A stretch of 64,000 nt of DNA, taken from NCBI GenBank assembly GCA_000002435.2, contig CM018792.1. The stretch is one strand, 5' to 3'. Every line of letters starts with the position of its first letter. Position 1 is the first letter of the stretch. Positions 51,401 through 57,279 of the stretch are shown here, piece by piece. Origin of the DNA: Giardia intestinalis. Lineage: Eukaryota. The translations under genes and the position numbers were made by a program. Below the pieces are notes generated by a model. The model saw only the letters and a program-made list of their open reading frames with translations, did no database searches and was not told where the DNA came from.

Positions 51401-53965
51401 AGTAACTTGGGCAACGCAATCCACTGTGAATCCAACTACCAGATTAGCCAGCCCATTAAGATCTTCTCTGCGCTGGTAGGGCTTGAACACATCTGGCTTT
51501 CGAAAACATACGAAGTCCAGCTTAACAAGTGGCTTATGAGGCAGTTTAATAGTAGAAACATTCTGAGTCGTTATTGCTGCTTCTATGGAGCTGGTGGATC
51601 GCAATTGATTCATAGATTCTTCGGTTGCATAGGCATACTCTGCACGGCACAACTCCAAGAGGTTCTCCTGAATCATATCTAGGTCTTCAGAGAATGTACG
51701 CTGTAGAAAGAGAACGACCTGATAGTTAAATATCTCGTAGGCAAGAACTGGGTTTTCTTCCAAGCGTCTATTACTCTCTTGTATCTTGTTTAAGTTGAAG
51801 TCCCTAAAGAATAGCGCAGAAATAAGCGGGACAACATCGGTGATGAAGAGTGCAAAGAGCTTGCTGTACAAAAATGCGTACCTTAATGTGTCAGAGTACT
51901 GATCACTATCGAGAGGAAGATCATAGTAGAAATCAGCGTGCGCCGAACCAGTAGACTGCTCAAGAATGCTCTTCACAATACTCTTTTGGGCCTCCTTAAC
52001 AATAGCCACATTGGCATGCTCATCTTTCAATTGTAGGGCAGGCTTACTCTCGTCGTCGTCATCATCAGATATCACATCCAGATTGTGATAAACATGAGGT
52101 GGCTCAAGATGTATTCGCTGAGAAATGTACTTTTCGACATATATATGGGGAGATTTTAGCGTACGGCGTCTCAACATGGGAAGAATTAAGGGATCTAACA
52201 AGAAGTCAACTGTGCGAGGAAAAGCGGAGAACTCCTTTAGCAAGGATTGGGTCTCCGATGATTCACGCTTGATCACCTCATAGATCTGTCGCTTTACAGA
52301 GACGAAGTTATACCCAAGCTCTCTATACCTTAGCTCCAGTTCTGCGAACAACTCATTGTATTGTCGTAAAAGAATCCGTGACGAGGAAAACGCATCTAAT
52401 AGCCCTGCAATAGAGAGATTGATTGGTGCACAAAACCTTGATAGAAGTTGAAGAAACGTGTTTGACAGCTTTATAAACTTTGACGAATACCTGGGAAGAT
52501 CCAATAGAACAGTGTGCTGAGCTATGAATGGCCTTTTGCTGAGAGAAATTGCTGATTTGGAATAGAACGAAAAGGTGGTAGATCCACGTGCCCGTCGACT
52601 AACCATCGAGTGGAAGATCCGCCTGGTCTCACGAGAGTACAGAATAATACCATACCGTAAACAATCATTGTAGAGCGCATGCAACTCTACACTAATAGAA
52701 GTTGAGTCTGCACATGGGAGGTTTGGTGGTGTGCTATTTGCAAAATAAGAGCTGGTAGTATTGGTACCATTGTTCTGGTCTTCACCGTCTGGTAACAAAT
52801 CGCTTAATCCCTTCAAAATCAACGCAATCTTTTGAAGATCACAGGATTTGCGAGGTGCAAGCACACGCGTTTCTTCATTGACATCGTCAATTGTGCAGAG
52901 ACGCATCAGCGTATAGCTCACTGCTTGAGAATAGAAAACAGAGTAGTCAGAGATAATGCCCTCTAGCGCAGCTGGTAACACAGGACACAATAAAAGAAGT
53001 AGGCCATGTGCCTCTGTGCTATAAAGATCACCAGTAAGAAGAAGGGACTTCTGCTCAGTAGTGAGTTGGGACGATAGAGGGGTAGAGAGAAGTGAACGAA
53101 GGACTGCCCTATTGTCTCTAAGAAAGAGCCAAATTGTTTTTGGGTTAATCAGTAGGGAGGTCGATCGTTCAACATCTTTTTTAGCTCGTTCGAAGTCAGC
53201 TAATGATGGCGAAAGATCCAAGCTAAAGTGCTGACTCTGCACCTGAAGTTGCGATTTGACGTAGTCATTAGAAAATAAGTGAAGGTTGAAGAGGAGGCAT
53301 ACCGAATTAATAACCAAGCGCCGTATGTGTGTATGTAACGTATGCTCCAGATATGTGACCCGCTTGTCCTCGTTGACAAAGCGATCAGAGGAGGAACGGT
53401 TTCTAAGAGTTAGTAAGGTATCTGCAGTGGTAATAACAAGAAAGTTATCAATCAGGTAGCGAGCAGATTGTTCGTATGAGGAGTATATCCCATTATTATA
53501 GAGATTGTAAGAGAAGCGTGCGTCCTTATCATCCTGGAGGCTACCGTAGCAGTCTAAATGTATAAGTTGCAGATTAACCTCATGGAATGACCTGGTGCAC
53601 GCATCCCAATCTGTAGAATCTCTGCCAGTGGACAAGGCTACCAAAGCATAGTTCCTTGCAACATCTATTGCTAGGAGGCGGATGGGAACAAGGGTGAATT
53701 GATTATATTCATAAAATGCAGGATGGCCACGAAGAGCTGGATTGTCAATTGAAGATTGAACAACACGAATTGTAATAGTAGTAAGACTGAGGGTAGGTGC
53801 GCTCTCCTGGAGCTCTGCATAAGACCGAGTAATATTCTTTAATGAAAGAGATGGAGATGCAGGGGAGGTTTGTGTTGGAGACGCGCGATGAAGGGTCGAA
53901 GGCTCCCGCTGGCCTATATGCAATAACTTGCAAAAGACTATGGGAATTCGAAAGCTGACACTCAT
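30449..53965 (-). CDS. giant hypothetical protein (~7838 aa from first ATG), predominantly helical/Leu-rich, with a single Walker A P-loop
   Basis: Uninterrupted 23.5-kb ORF; the track start was TTG at 54007 and the first ATG is at 53963-53965. The P-loop VILGDSFSGKTTILQIAASLIG lies at about residue 4590 (nt ~40190), with a candidate Walker B VIYVD shortly after. Ser-rich and acidic low-complexity islands. No dynein-, midasin- or VPS13-type signature recognised. Confidence 0.75.
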   Translation of the reverse strand: MSVSFRIPIVFCKLLHIGQREPSTLHRASPTQTSPASPSLSLKNITRSYAELQESAPTLSLTTITIRVVQSSIDNPALRGHPAFYEYNQFTLVPIRLLAIDVARNYALVALSTGRDSTDWDACTRSFHEVNLQLIHLDCYGSLQDDKDARFSYNLYNNGIYSSYEQSARYLIDNFLVITTADTLLTLRNRSSSDRFVNEDKRVTYLEHTLHTHIRRLVINSVCLLFNLHLFSNDYVKSQLQVQSQHFSLDLSPSLADFERAKKDVERSTSLLINPKTIWLFLRDNRAVLRSLLSTPLSSQLTTEQKSLLLTGDLYSTEAHGLLLLLCPVLPAALEGIISDYSVFYSQAVSYTLMRLCTIDDVNEETRVLAPRKSCDLQKIALILKGLSDLLPDGEDQNNGTNTTSSYFANSTPPNLPCADSTSISVELHALYNDCLRYGIILYSRETRRIFHSMVSRRARGSTTFSFYSKSAISLSKRPFIAQHTVLLDLPRYSSKFIKLSNTFLQLLSRFCAPINLSIAGLLDAFSSSRILLRQYNELFAELELRYRELGYNFVSVKRQIYEVIKRESSETQSLLKEFSAFPRTVDFLLDPLILPMLRRRTLKSPHIYVEKYISQRIHLEPPHVYHNLDVISDDDDDESKPALQLKDEHANVAIVKEAQKSIVKSILEQSTGSAHADFYYDLPLDSDQYSDTLRYAFLYSKLFALFITDVVPLISALFFRDFNLNKIQESNRRLEENPVLAYEIFNYQVVLFLQRTFSEDLDMIQENLLELCRAEYAYATEESMNQLRSTSSIEAAITTQNVSTIKLPHKPLVKLDFVCFRKPDVFKPYQRREDLNGLANLVVGFTVDCVAQVTMIRTVVTNLVHSLHRLNTDLEYHLTTNLIFLSKSIVKGYSELPPLKRYCKQLVHKELELIQQDLTSFNIIKPKTFQDRLQREVYLEDIIASRYSDFELAYFEERKRLRLSYAQLLEENFNNITSLKEILYRCPPSSMGSKSNLLIISYNRQFFRQFDQLLSNIYSAAFLCSENITRELERNKLHTIALHNVLRHRYLTASEDAEQLKRLLDDASTQETDNSLPESIFTPPLFLYQSPAKLVVEEQADMTNILHDEILTFNNPLFSVQLTTGEYLNSYGLCDPTKESSSSAATPIPGTVEEQDSEQEQHSDRSETASLATTTQQQSSSKEPHISDCPFPRLGKPSSEKNSIRKRHREASLLYVIVDNATIVINRILNYIRKEILPINPRFYINFIMYDTTLMKKQLINKLIAVIEHVREHVRQTISEVLQTPFATISFFENRICLDMDTPDNLDMVITGLDDAQKFICGWIPAIKMLIDLLPLLSYIESTASITDVQSLFEYLGVSAKLKAGVQTESQGTIHQSDDSDSEGSADKKEDITVHTDGAREDSPAEVERTNQHAAADMDSLHDLSVHRYLLQKDLLFIPEDRITFEQMLDHAFDIQLWTRISKDRSKYERRKTRYLKRVASNKIDPAKLPFEKAVKCQATLPKVSILVSMRLSQLQLRGYAHNYLILSFIEKILNFRRLINTCKRNIDRRLQSFSNFIYLSVEYLLYLRQLCIGLANEVTRLTTSDLISSVARPHEFKEKYPRLTSNIVLNRLEQYFKSQNGEDAYAFIKFVQSHTNLAITRHSSFQRHMITLYTRPTDDYLCSNPLITDLESLFRFLVKCIYELDEDSRSGTIKMSHASGNTLIMKQSADQKQTGNTSPYYDLYAIFTEVHVLVKETVKIFGAITQWSEILGITLAIEEPSFRDILSVVESPCQLLVSIVDMFASYTRIMHQPVTAFNPSLFLTYIDTIFLCSRKMHVAERSNISMLAHAAPSLNDRHDQYNSEYSYHQSTAHRLIEPSTAEFLINEDYDPRHQVILETSIFTTDGIDADAPKGLTTNIDTPRHEELLSKGMDDLTVLISEKNTQSNTFVTRGMKFILSLLDGEKISAGYTLKQQSTLQISQRSKEKPKTSSLPSILTARAAKQELSVVQEENLEGAGSMIDSSVAPTAAKVRDSIYKESTSPPSPSQSSQIITFDDRLLKHAQNLHEDHDQAACDTTSEISTAQLGLPLPAGEVSANSFSIDTARSVRSAKCQFNQHVSVGDTPPNVSSIHGAPAKTVITSVVSAIAAGSRLAISNASRASQFILDNSIRDAPVLTLLSNTGLQSLRDVAMHMNVIKLPVKIKYFQTLYVKQKDVRTVIKLKDNSPDIISAKILETINSFKNTALFECCRLECNYRTWIPTLRLLVVSLLLYGIQHFSFLSTIRLLFNSNHFASYFLNQCLEHACTFDEPTTLSQDWKGFSDHSSISIRDSLELISPFNHQLASQINKQYLLNYSAENRLLEIYYWLHNIDIFITYYTINLHLNDEIARVLGDLDFTFGEHNADAAEAIKTEISDSNSLVPVVQKSGILLPRRTVGVTEVIEDATAPGSETKSDLAEAFKDQHRHCTDSSDEDAFDLFETPFGRIAGCTNRKTTLPLLKPRIKALTIIAPQPSIASRDDDASLSHQPGNSTLSSQTPIKETNDTTKQARAKSILISRDQRHVQSKVLLGNQRTRAPLIRKRRSYDGPARITLPFFNTHPYLLKALREGIFIVTAILADKGVIPKVAKMARIIEDKLIFCRNFVIAIGNVRKLLPELIALTNAIYDGIADLTLLKLSPNDVKKVTIEILSCLKHICIFAKSKHEVVWKLNSMGQQNVHEHESVYTLPFISFLDNLNLLDRRRCGTRLSVPKFYTDESPNPNCFQFMNLFARDILAKVQSFMTNVLAAEELLSRCRRNLSSHPVVTTIYANQQYRICAPYARLPLSFAVLYSQLTTVPLTGVLTDALFNSVFSPLIVDTDESSVEDGFEDEPPRDMTDVKHGPQLSYSLLSNLIDSTGNFFGIFKGHENIFYQTIIKANARVKDCYLFTEGSLHSQHIVHNYRKAALLFLNERYREALLFCTYQAIVYALSCIVYLYCDGRSESFIYCYENVICSMIRILEEETYDLIRGTGKLRAQGSFQVGSTFSATSSRILMLKALYARLLEHKETLDIMALTVVQHVIARNILPPERIPSLTDQFDARLCWDILLLYGRNRGLVLSGLEHGVSLSIATNRQTSALVYSLASDTLLGNGANRRVDLPMLDLTYTAEEKTLIKNAKARLQARTESVSLLTSNSDAPEGTEPRDTKGNDNVAFDDFAALTMELFRTPESLSKLNQATVSTANLDDKMAYATPVSSIALNCDTNITDFRMPTAPLSETLVNIVLSGQLISISSSYFNPANEYDSMYISHTMRLKAARLISALRSKSVALLLTDWARGYFALEVYYLAHLVARYLSSHVLFIPITDASFLPQYNRLRELLISRYLVILYGVDTLTKEHLEMLSTTFATTTLSYGFEDFSSYSISSETRLEFNPYSRSSRSYSSQGWIPIDSDIDHSFCRLIIWLAGAMPQECSVTTTMTSSPSSHSQRSSSGPHIVDEHYIYQVHPHAERVTQKFRKAYMMYLPFIPYISTLQSTHEFRTTQLVCASASLVDQTTFTKNFSAYKSIVLEVYMEHVESLKHQIVVRADKNLGDSCCTISPFQRLFRSLPGLYQDSFYHLHVFLSNLSNDFPKLLGLDFMLIQHRLAPDANRTAACTQTFVYLVSCMYLATEESFCLVDDINSDLLQSDGATHEEVKSEAPHAAINLQHKLSILISCLISVFGLSPANATTFEHSGSRVTSDSMAYMIRRSSSPKYLESLHGLQRSAGILSEFGAYMATVMMDLLAAKEPFAILTTSMAQQFFEYVHAILSRASALTFLLAYSSADIHFYADLLSAFPNRYALAIVLDQHSDLLLYQNILGMLAARQTIYSENNKTYTFKAPVHVIIVARARDARILQLSIRKFSLSRNLHLSDIGFYFMSFGNLSQLNISHLISIQAPTLASISSYDKLMQYIYANFDADYHIYTSSFLTRTKLGLYISYFNFLVFNFVMFISTEIGAHLTLTLRHWRIIKALIHLFFRYYGILDVQTGNDSHRPTLSTEEELSTDTMNLYHELSIRSYTDAKNPISFKQQKDLREASTKPLEFNINDALGSHFSYFSEPISLAHSFADLRGESLQSNPGAHNLNHRSVSFETAYSTMLNQTSAQFTQSFISRLLLTSNSRHIADILHYSVISTVFSAFMLLYRMEYINGGLLFNSLSYYRLYASLLSYIPTFSLTLESEFFEQHVFYRKDGFRLSKWMHLFCDNAIMSLQDLYVSQTYFFTNAETYPTFSALFAKRHAESLNPKVAHSTGSSTGSSTLSRGPNYCETYANVSDMGAAARGEASVEAFSVPDDQFAAKPEKTVSDSNFKSMWGGSTYSFIAITSYLSDRLLLTIAKKLGLTAEIIYELEQVSLPQYRKKCMESLSKRADQLRISRLKETQSTIPTGMSASSVNKIKNNSQAQRLDISRPVNNTSLLPEKAELNADCTDFSAVLRKVASSTSTGQSLQRVSTRVLTSLECQSLPTKGSRISSAPHQLEGDNLASAGTPKTTSRARLGRLKHLQLDSVPEKTGSQDDKYVVSFIRRYMPILEVPYRVGEEIFVSTSLLTMQNSYADTSNSLQLVITNDMSAYAVYYAGCMLSGESFVILGDSFSGKTTILQIAASLIGSDRVSLQTFYVGNSTIKTIADLQVQILRKSYLLRPEISRAGNLYTAQSVNGKFNILHISGLTHANLLEFLSLPLLEHVIYVDISQRDVSKAIGGFCGRIFLRDSVVIYEVSSSCTERTARRLMDMSVYVSTFSATSKPTFFHSLVYRNFVYDHLIQDAYCSMEKSVANYHAIHYDVDDPLTALLPVSPRFHYPKVFQPITARVFAARGIKRFPKLSAESIAGNIDALQSDHRPQLTKYAPMSIVIRTLVKSFAEGLLLIRPLLPISLLELLCSMKQNVYFDDTDVRNVFGYPPSSFLENLHMLVPSANSLFSALLRHGSVPISVSTRVYSELVSAFSVGTLSSTSVFSVLTPEYAEAFKRMYPFLIPFSYSDNGRADTISIMLHFSWETCLKTVIDPDGPSHSALSMPVSSRDSKVSTPNSRHAPVLIFNGDYFTRHRFELQRRIPVSARKDFRYNKILNIDKAYSVDVLKFTGDLIDELSVDDGPKHEPLLPTAVSAAEKPRERAESKKNAALTMLSKMSKFQDIHLTSMLTRAGLDFFDSDSSSDDSSSMTLESTDRSEHRPDLLERRGELTSAANTAIRATYSDYAQGFLRNDNVSTARDRSEQEQEQSHDLDLTQHQLVQDFEDKRPSTTIVRLLVKYRDIREVTHLSSHVAIILIRAYLITEIMWHRNCIKIYEYLSTLRFGPANGMTQFNQFSRVYNPPKILISYLQLSNLHNYVEDTHHMLQFIALLGNFKLVNSLDFMGFITGLYYSPHDGTVRIPKDGQRGSMAPTSTKSKPKQPKDCSVSLLNIHQGMYTNFAIHLLFTRYHRYLINSYQLITLVGILAIEAEIGDVELSIRKSLKPIKSSYYSDSSDEDDFIAQTNPRILRTLKKKSVFTPDSRPFLRAEKPVMTYSGKLSKSDPYYYIFREVNKYCVEREPVNGFSLPLTGLRLDFLVDLVGVYKTSKDVSVLTYYIVRAYLLMALGFSPSLGLKDLSLLRINEFYNTETSSGMGVWNSIDSSLVKKHLGRASIRDFFLPEPVDILLVLHSNLLVGKLDILSSIASLPHTLTAVFLEEELRFISLLVSCYYELDFLLCDQELMWLLSRNFSILVLNDTVSISLDILKCLTILPSIGDQAIQKYVVNGTCLSGTDSFTSVSFTTNYFHNLEKSLNIMFSSVAEPLLRCFSVTSKKTLYLPESNSVLPPDIFGEFRGTLILACTIGYAICLQYLQTSTLNYTLTFSAYTEHVWRFCYLRMGMYSGFAITLYTLANNLRSEALKSKFQRVCLGATATDEAHMQSRPGMQGPSKTNILAAVPEGTCNTNSLLPLMLESKQHAKAPLISPEAADDSITPRGILGRFSSKLTSISHRSRSSTKFNDIVLATQSEDILTIINEIMDDFAAIVRRVIVDSVIAVSSLVFKHQLLPTLQHSNALEVLIMNAAIDADLVKSITTSEYSTQANRYLAHIEGGAVEYKGFQNKGQKPAEVSNRSFMNHFVTEMDSAGIERSLMLALDTFQINLPLLLRYADLALEMRFGMSQDLLNGRISIEYSRYLLFRKSTVHSFLCHTLFSRGQEKIPVLPCSLFLPVLYMAETLRHIEETKNLQHPASADQIKRAYSFEFIDCSMQHDEFISRLRLALSCSGAADHPLCLYNMFAPSCTDNNRSLARLLRSLLTLVNSPLPQPDEFGDTKPFHASLSIDDAVQATLAYHPRMRRMYLSLADPYESLYLLEFNHRLHILHSPVATLQYYVGSETSTSEGTPQSNFPAIGLSAIEKLQRHRQTVLYDYIIEELTIIFTYEAIHLNLPIIRISQFLLRKNKIVGVLSEFNRYLEGLSAPQNPVTLTDVELFLAYIKHIHAELQKLTDFTIIPLSIKQGIRTRARTLLSVYELLWKLSERFEALSVAFTDTFFFSLVTSVIVDLQGVDHSALHHRRLLPKHTSERRMTELLPTIVHHLLSKISAIVPQAYMKSLLGMISCLESISGQCNVQKHMLLFSSIVTDQSLSKPVGFLDNGRAMDSFLPNTADSLAIERWNKLCSLVFIAPDLAKEWVAFFSTQKTQYLTYVRGSSFFRKVLGHYAYVERSSKHSNRLSAETFLAPHALLKSAVHEYNIVELFGGFTSETGIVPAWSSTSNKAVYGSGTVPVKEPIANTHPGDYNSYKVTDKKTINSDDDTSSEGSVASLTDEDYDAMFDYDYADSENMHPSLQAKTATKARKHISMSRRSMTAMLKRAETAGFSVKTTHQDKGKSANFENSMQLHNNTDSVYERLIPDELIMELKDDMTLGNFPISIQSPSANGVWIAFLLSICLNPTHLQEDLNLLMKVSKLTNSASFSLVDVFSSDRDDELLSKFLQCPLKSLTGSISKFIAAFYRSQLWSQDFPPSEKLSYGMFFSDNGQPLSHASKQSLLEEMCPMCASKTVAIFFDSTLDILTLISFAFEYLVDQLLLTAPVVYKTKPTHADLLSYLVVVLSDGNKSVEWLVQLFISKPVRPKHGLIILIPTSYSAPALSRVLIGHLCAAFAPELVVFNAPIGKIEKIHHYFTLFRIQQIHFATRHSTDKALALEAGTLKLPIISSRTLLGLLIFFVTQSPPPDCPHIRISDTYTTLDSAAALLFQAVIESEHMQALVNTLRTRLRVHPAIIEKIQNLYAAIWATISAIRRYDPERASYHPLNRRLTELYNQLLVSYARVFHKLDHVSVYEKIYTSPGSLLHSRFLKHCIFSLCHELQDKVTLAHNLIVEMPQGATVSDEAISELAVSSDSDLSDSSNCTANALTSLHTEGTQGLSDTDTLKSDPQHSTELTRIYSVDDVARTSQQSEVDMSKDVLLGSHRLGSGLGLSISLEKKFIRKENLCDTERNRYKQSDDDLQVVGNPREFRVYGPSARLLNLHHALVLETSRSQQSKREESGEQAITALNSYLEEVQKLSQQAVQLPCVFTEERVADPTAFKELCKQYLYSLTLYSDEGRLSPSQIVSLIQKDDTRDVIPLSKPQNLITIKEIRSFPGLRSMAFTESADILDRVSVQAMHTPLSIGLQTTSVHSAEGYVINSLLANAVMLAKPIIDLSMAVMDHAGVLICEANRCWRFLDFILTAKRHQLARGNVPYANLCSVLLPEPPQPNTRYVVYKGMLYTGGVLRHVSEATDAMADASRLGYVHITNIELHNVGYDTHNQSVVDCSMDPWPIVYKMSVYAATVIRINSWDPQLLPFRQASPKYVAIRANFAADTYLYLENKSTLSRAELAQRNLHLSPASQK

Positions 53966-54103
53966 TAGGAAAACTTTACGCCCTGAGTGACTGAAATATA
54001 TGCTCAAACAGGATAGGGACAGGACACGAGCTGACTAGTCCAGGACGCGATGCAAAGGTCTTAAAAAAATCTCCGCTTCAGGTAGCTCGACTTGTGTACG
54101 TCC

Positions 54104-54808
54104 ATGGCGATACGCGAACTGGAGCTGTTTCTAAATCACTCTTTGACAGACGAGATTCGATCGCAGCTCATAACCAAGGTCACAGAGATGCTCACCATGC
54201 CCGAGCTCGTCCACTTCCGTTGCTCACTACAGTCAGACTATGGTATTGCTGCACCTATAGGTCTCTACGACATTCTTCGGAGGATTCCCCTGTTTGCTGA
54301 CCATGCCTTTATGACCATCGGAGAGGTCTTTAGTGGCCTTTTTGCTGTAGCAGACTCCTTTCATGAGGTCATTACAGAGATTCAACCGTCTCTCGAGCAA
54401 TACGAAGGCCATATTTTGTGGCTCCTAACAGACACTTATAGTAGCCTCATGCACCAATCCCGTAGCTTCAAAGATTTGGGGATTCCCGTGAAGCGGATTA
54501 AGATGATTCTCAAAACAGCTTATAAGTTTACCCCAGCGCTTCCCAAGACCATTCATGACTTGGATGCCGATACAATGTCCCAGGTTCCGTCCCATGATGA
54601 GCTTAACAAACTACGCGAATACGTTGACCAGCTCCCTAACGCACAAGCCCGAGCGTTAGTGTTTGGTAAACTCTTAAGAGAGATAGGGAGGCGCCCCGAG
54701 GAAATAATCCTCAATGGGAACCAATTAAATCTAGAACTCACTGACCTGCCCTCCTTCGCATTCTGGGTCCTACTGGATGCTGCACAAGCGTATGCAACTC
54801 CATCATAG
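54104..54808 (+). CDS. hypothetical protein, 234 aa
   Basis: Track start was TTG at 54092; first ATG is at 54104. No recognisable motif. Confidence 0.45.
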   Translation: MAIRELELFLNHSLTDEIRSQLITKVTEMLTMPELVHFRCSLQSDYGIAAPIGLYDILRRIPLFADHAFMTIGEVFSGLFAVADSFHEVITEIQPSLEQYEGHILWLLTDTYSSLMHQSRSFKDLGIPVKRIKMILKTAYKFTPALPKTIHDLDADTMSQVPSHDELNKLREYVDQLPNAQARALVFGKLLREIGRRPEEIILNGNQLNLELTDLPSFAFWVLLDAAQAYATPS

Positions 54809-56254
54809 CAATCGTGGCCGACCTTGTGTTTGGTGAAGGTATTAGGTGGACTTAAGCTCGCTAGCTAAATGGTCACTGAATTCTCTGAGCAAAAGGGCAC
54901 GAGGTTCTGTAAATGCCGTTTTCTCTAGCTGGCTTTCAAATAAAGTTATCTCATCTATAGCCTCCTGGTGAGAAAGGCTGCGCGGGTCCTCTGAGAAGGT
55001 TATTTCCATTTTAAAAATAGATCTATTCTATCTCCTTACTTATCAATGCGTATTTGCACAGATAAAGTGTACGTATGTACGTGATTAATATCTGAATGTC
55101 CAGAGTAGATAATTACTTAACCTCGAATGTACGTTTTCACCTCATCATGAACGTGGTGCGTGGAAGAACGACACTAATACCCTTCATGACTCAGACTATT
55201 TACTAGAGGGTTCTATGCCGTTTCAGATGAGACAGCATCATTCGCTGAGCCAGGTGCTTGGATCTGTACGTTTACTCTCTCCGTTTCACCGAGGTGGGGT
55301 TGCCATCTGCCACCTGAGCAATCCCCTCCATGCGAGCCACCGCCACTCTGGGTAGGCGGGTCCCTCCCGCCCTTGCACCAGCTGAGATCCAGAGTCCAGA
55401 GTCTAGAAACCAAAATCTGAGAATATGAGCTCAGATGTCAAGCGATTCCGGTGGGAGAAGAAGAAGTTTTCCACTTTCCCTCTCGGGAGTCTCTGTCGCT
55501 CTTCGCGGTGCCTTCCGAGGCTCTCCCATCTTCTGGCCTTTCGGGTCAGCTGTCGTCTGATATCTAGTGAGCACCCGTTGTCTCGGGCTTTTCCGTCAGC
55601 CACAGCAGTCTGGCCTCAGAAGCAGCTGACCCTGGCCATGTACTCCAGAGTCGCCTTGGTGCTGGTACTCTATCACGAAGATCGCATACGCCACGAACCT
55701 CAGGTGTCGATCCCTAGGTCCCTGAGGTGCTCCCTCGTCTTCTCGTGGAGGGTGCCGTCAGTCCCGAGTATGATCGGGAGGGTGCTCCCCGTATGCCTCT
55801 ATCTTAGAGTGGTAGTACGAGCTCATGGACGCCGGCTGGACCACTCCTATGTCGACGGCCTGGCTGGTGTCTGGAAAGAAGAGGTCCGGCTCTGGTTCTC
55901 CTTGTCATGGTCAACCCATACCTTCTGCTCGTGGATCACAGTGCACCTCTTCTTCGACATTATGTGATCAGTCATCCAACACGAGATCATGTCGACGCTC
56001 ACCCTATGCAGTGCGTCTGGCTCAGTGACGATGTGGTCTGCATCTCCTTGCATCGCACAGCACACTTGGAGGTGATGCTTTGGTCTGCCGAGACAGTCGG
56101 TCCAAGCCCGCATCTTTTCGAGAGGCGGCGGAAGGCGTCGTCCGGAAGCATCAGGAACGATCCGAAGACATGATTGATGTACGAGCCTGTGCTCACCGTT
56201 AGGTCGTCTCGCTCAGCAACCGGTTCGCGATGCTCCGTCGTCACGTCGAAGGTG

Positions 56255-56815
56255 TTAAATGCATCGCGCAGTTGCTTGTGATAGACGCCCGGCAGGTGGA
56301 CTCCCAGGCCGCCACTCTTCTTCGGTGCCGCCAGGAACGATCCACCTCTTCGGGTCAGAGCCGAGTATCCCTCCAAGGGCCTCTCCGACCTGCCTGTCGA
56401 AGGATTCATATTGTTCAACTGGTGAGTCCATCTCGACGAGCGGTGCGTAGCCGGCCATCGGAATGGCGTTGATCCTGGCCAGCGTCAGCTTGGCGTGGTG
56501 GGTGATCGGCGCGTCCATCACCAGCTTCAAGCTCTCTGCTGCCTTCTCTATCGCCCTGGGGGCTATGGACTGCTTCTCCTTCGAGACCGGGGCCCCCGGG
56601 AAGGAGACCTCCTGTCCTCTTTGGGTGCTCTTGCACTTGTCAATGTTGACTGTCAAACCATATCGTTTCGCCAGGGCTGTCGCCTCTGTGATTATCCCCG
56701 TCGCGTCGCTGTCGTTGGCATGGAAGCTGAGTGCGTCGTCAGTGTAGGCAATGAGTAGGGTATCTCTCCTTCGGCTCCTGGTGAGCAGGTTCTGTCCCCC
56801 GCAGCACAGAAGCAT
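56255..56815 (-). pseudogene. reverse-transcriptase fragment of retroelement copy A
   Basis: Translation contains LLIAYTDDALSF (YxDD motif C) followed by GLTVNIDKCKSTQRG (non-LTR RT motif D/E pattern GLxlNxxKT). Flanked by stops and frame breaks. Confidence 0.6.
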
Positions 56816-57279
56816 GCTCAGGGCCCTGAGGGACCGAGTCCAGGGGTGCAGCGTGGCGCAATTAGAGGAAGGCCTCGATGTAGTTCTCAGGATGAAGGGT
56901 ACACTCGCCTGGCCGAGGCCGTCTGCTGTTGGGGCTCTCGTTATGTCGAGCGAGGCCGCTGTGTTCCGTCAATCTGCATCTCCATGTATGCCATGCGGAC
57001 ACCACCCATGTGCGTTCAGGTGGAGTGCATCTGCTCGGTCTCTAGAAAGGCCAGTGTCTGGGTCTCCAGGGGGCTCAGCAGTATCTGTGAAACACAGCCA
57101 TGATCGTCCACTGATTGTGCTTGTCCTGTCTCATCATTGGGAAGAGGGTAGAACAAGAGTTCTTCCGCTCTCCAGACCTGGTTGACATCTGATCTTCGGG
57201 CTCTGGACGTGGATCTCAGGCGATGTATGGACAGGAGGTACCCGCTTGCCTAAGGCGGTGGCTCGCATGAGGGGATCAT
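56756..57279. repeat. copy 1 of a near-identical ~520-bp inverted repeat (partner at 61912-62432)
   Basis: Direct comparison: 56756-57279 equals the reverse complement of 61912-62432, apart from a few mismatches near 56760-56790. The identical 142-144-aa ORFs 56751-57185(+) and 62006-62434(-) reflect this. Confidence 0.85.

Noticed and set aside
515-53933. Numerous 60-140-aa antisense ORFs nested inside the long genes (for example 515-751, 1950-2192, 4438-4770, 12596-12922, 17115-17735, 33423-33620, 38400-38843)
   Set aside because: They overlap well-supported genes on the opposite strand, have skewed composition and lack AT-rich initiators. They are expected by chance at this GC content.
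30449-53965. Assigning the giant ORF to dynein heavy chain, midasin or VPS13
   Set aside because: Only one P-loop was found (dynein needs four spaced AAA P-loops, midasin six), no GPAGTGKT-type AAA1 motif, and no chorein-N-like N-terminus. I left it as hypothetical.
111-54007. ORF-track start coordinates (for example 111, 3617, 8121, 15472, 20783, 23327, 23733, 26469, 27533, 54007, 54092, 61883, 63893)
   Set aside because: These M residues are GTG/TTG codons called as starts. For a eukaryote I moved each start to the first in-frame ATG, which is usually preceded by an AT-rich initiator.
54845-55009. A ~55-aa minus-strand ORF (MEITFSEDPRSL...) in the 400-bp spacer before the retroelement
   Set aside because: It is below reliable size and has no supporting motif. 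It could be a small protein but cannot be supported from sequence alone.
55425-55967. 180-aa plus-strand ORF inside retroelement copy A
   Set aside because: It is antisense to the element's RT/thumb region, Arg/Ser/Leu-rich with a nonsense composition, and has no ATG context. It is most likely a spurious open frame.
56751-57185. Identical 142-144-aa ORFs at 56751-57185 (+) and 62006-62434 (-) as a duplicated protein-coding gene
   Set aside because: They lie entirely inside the near-identical inverted repeat of the two retroelement copies and start with non-ATG codons. The identity is a property of the repeat, not evidence of a conserved protein.
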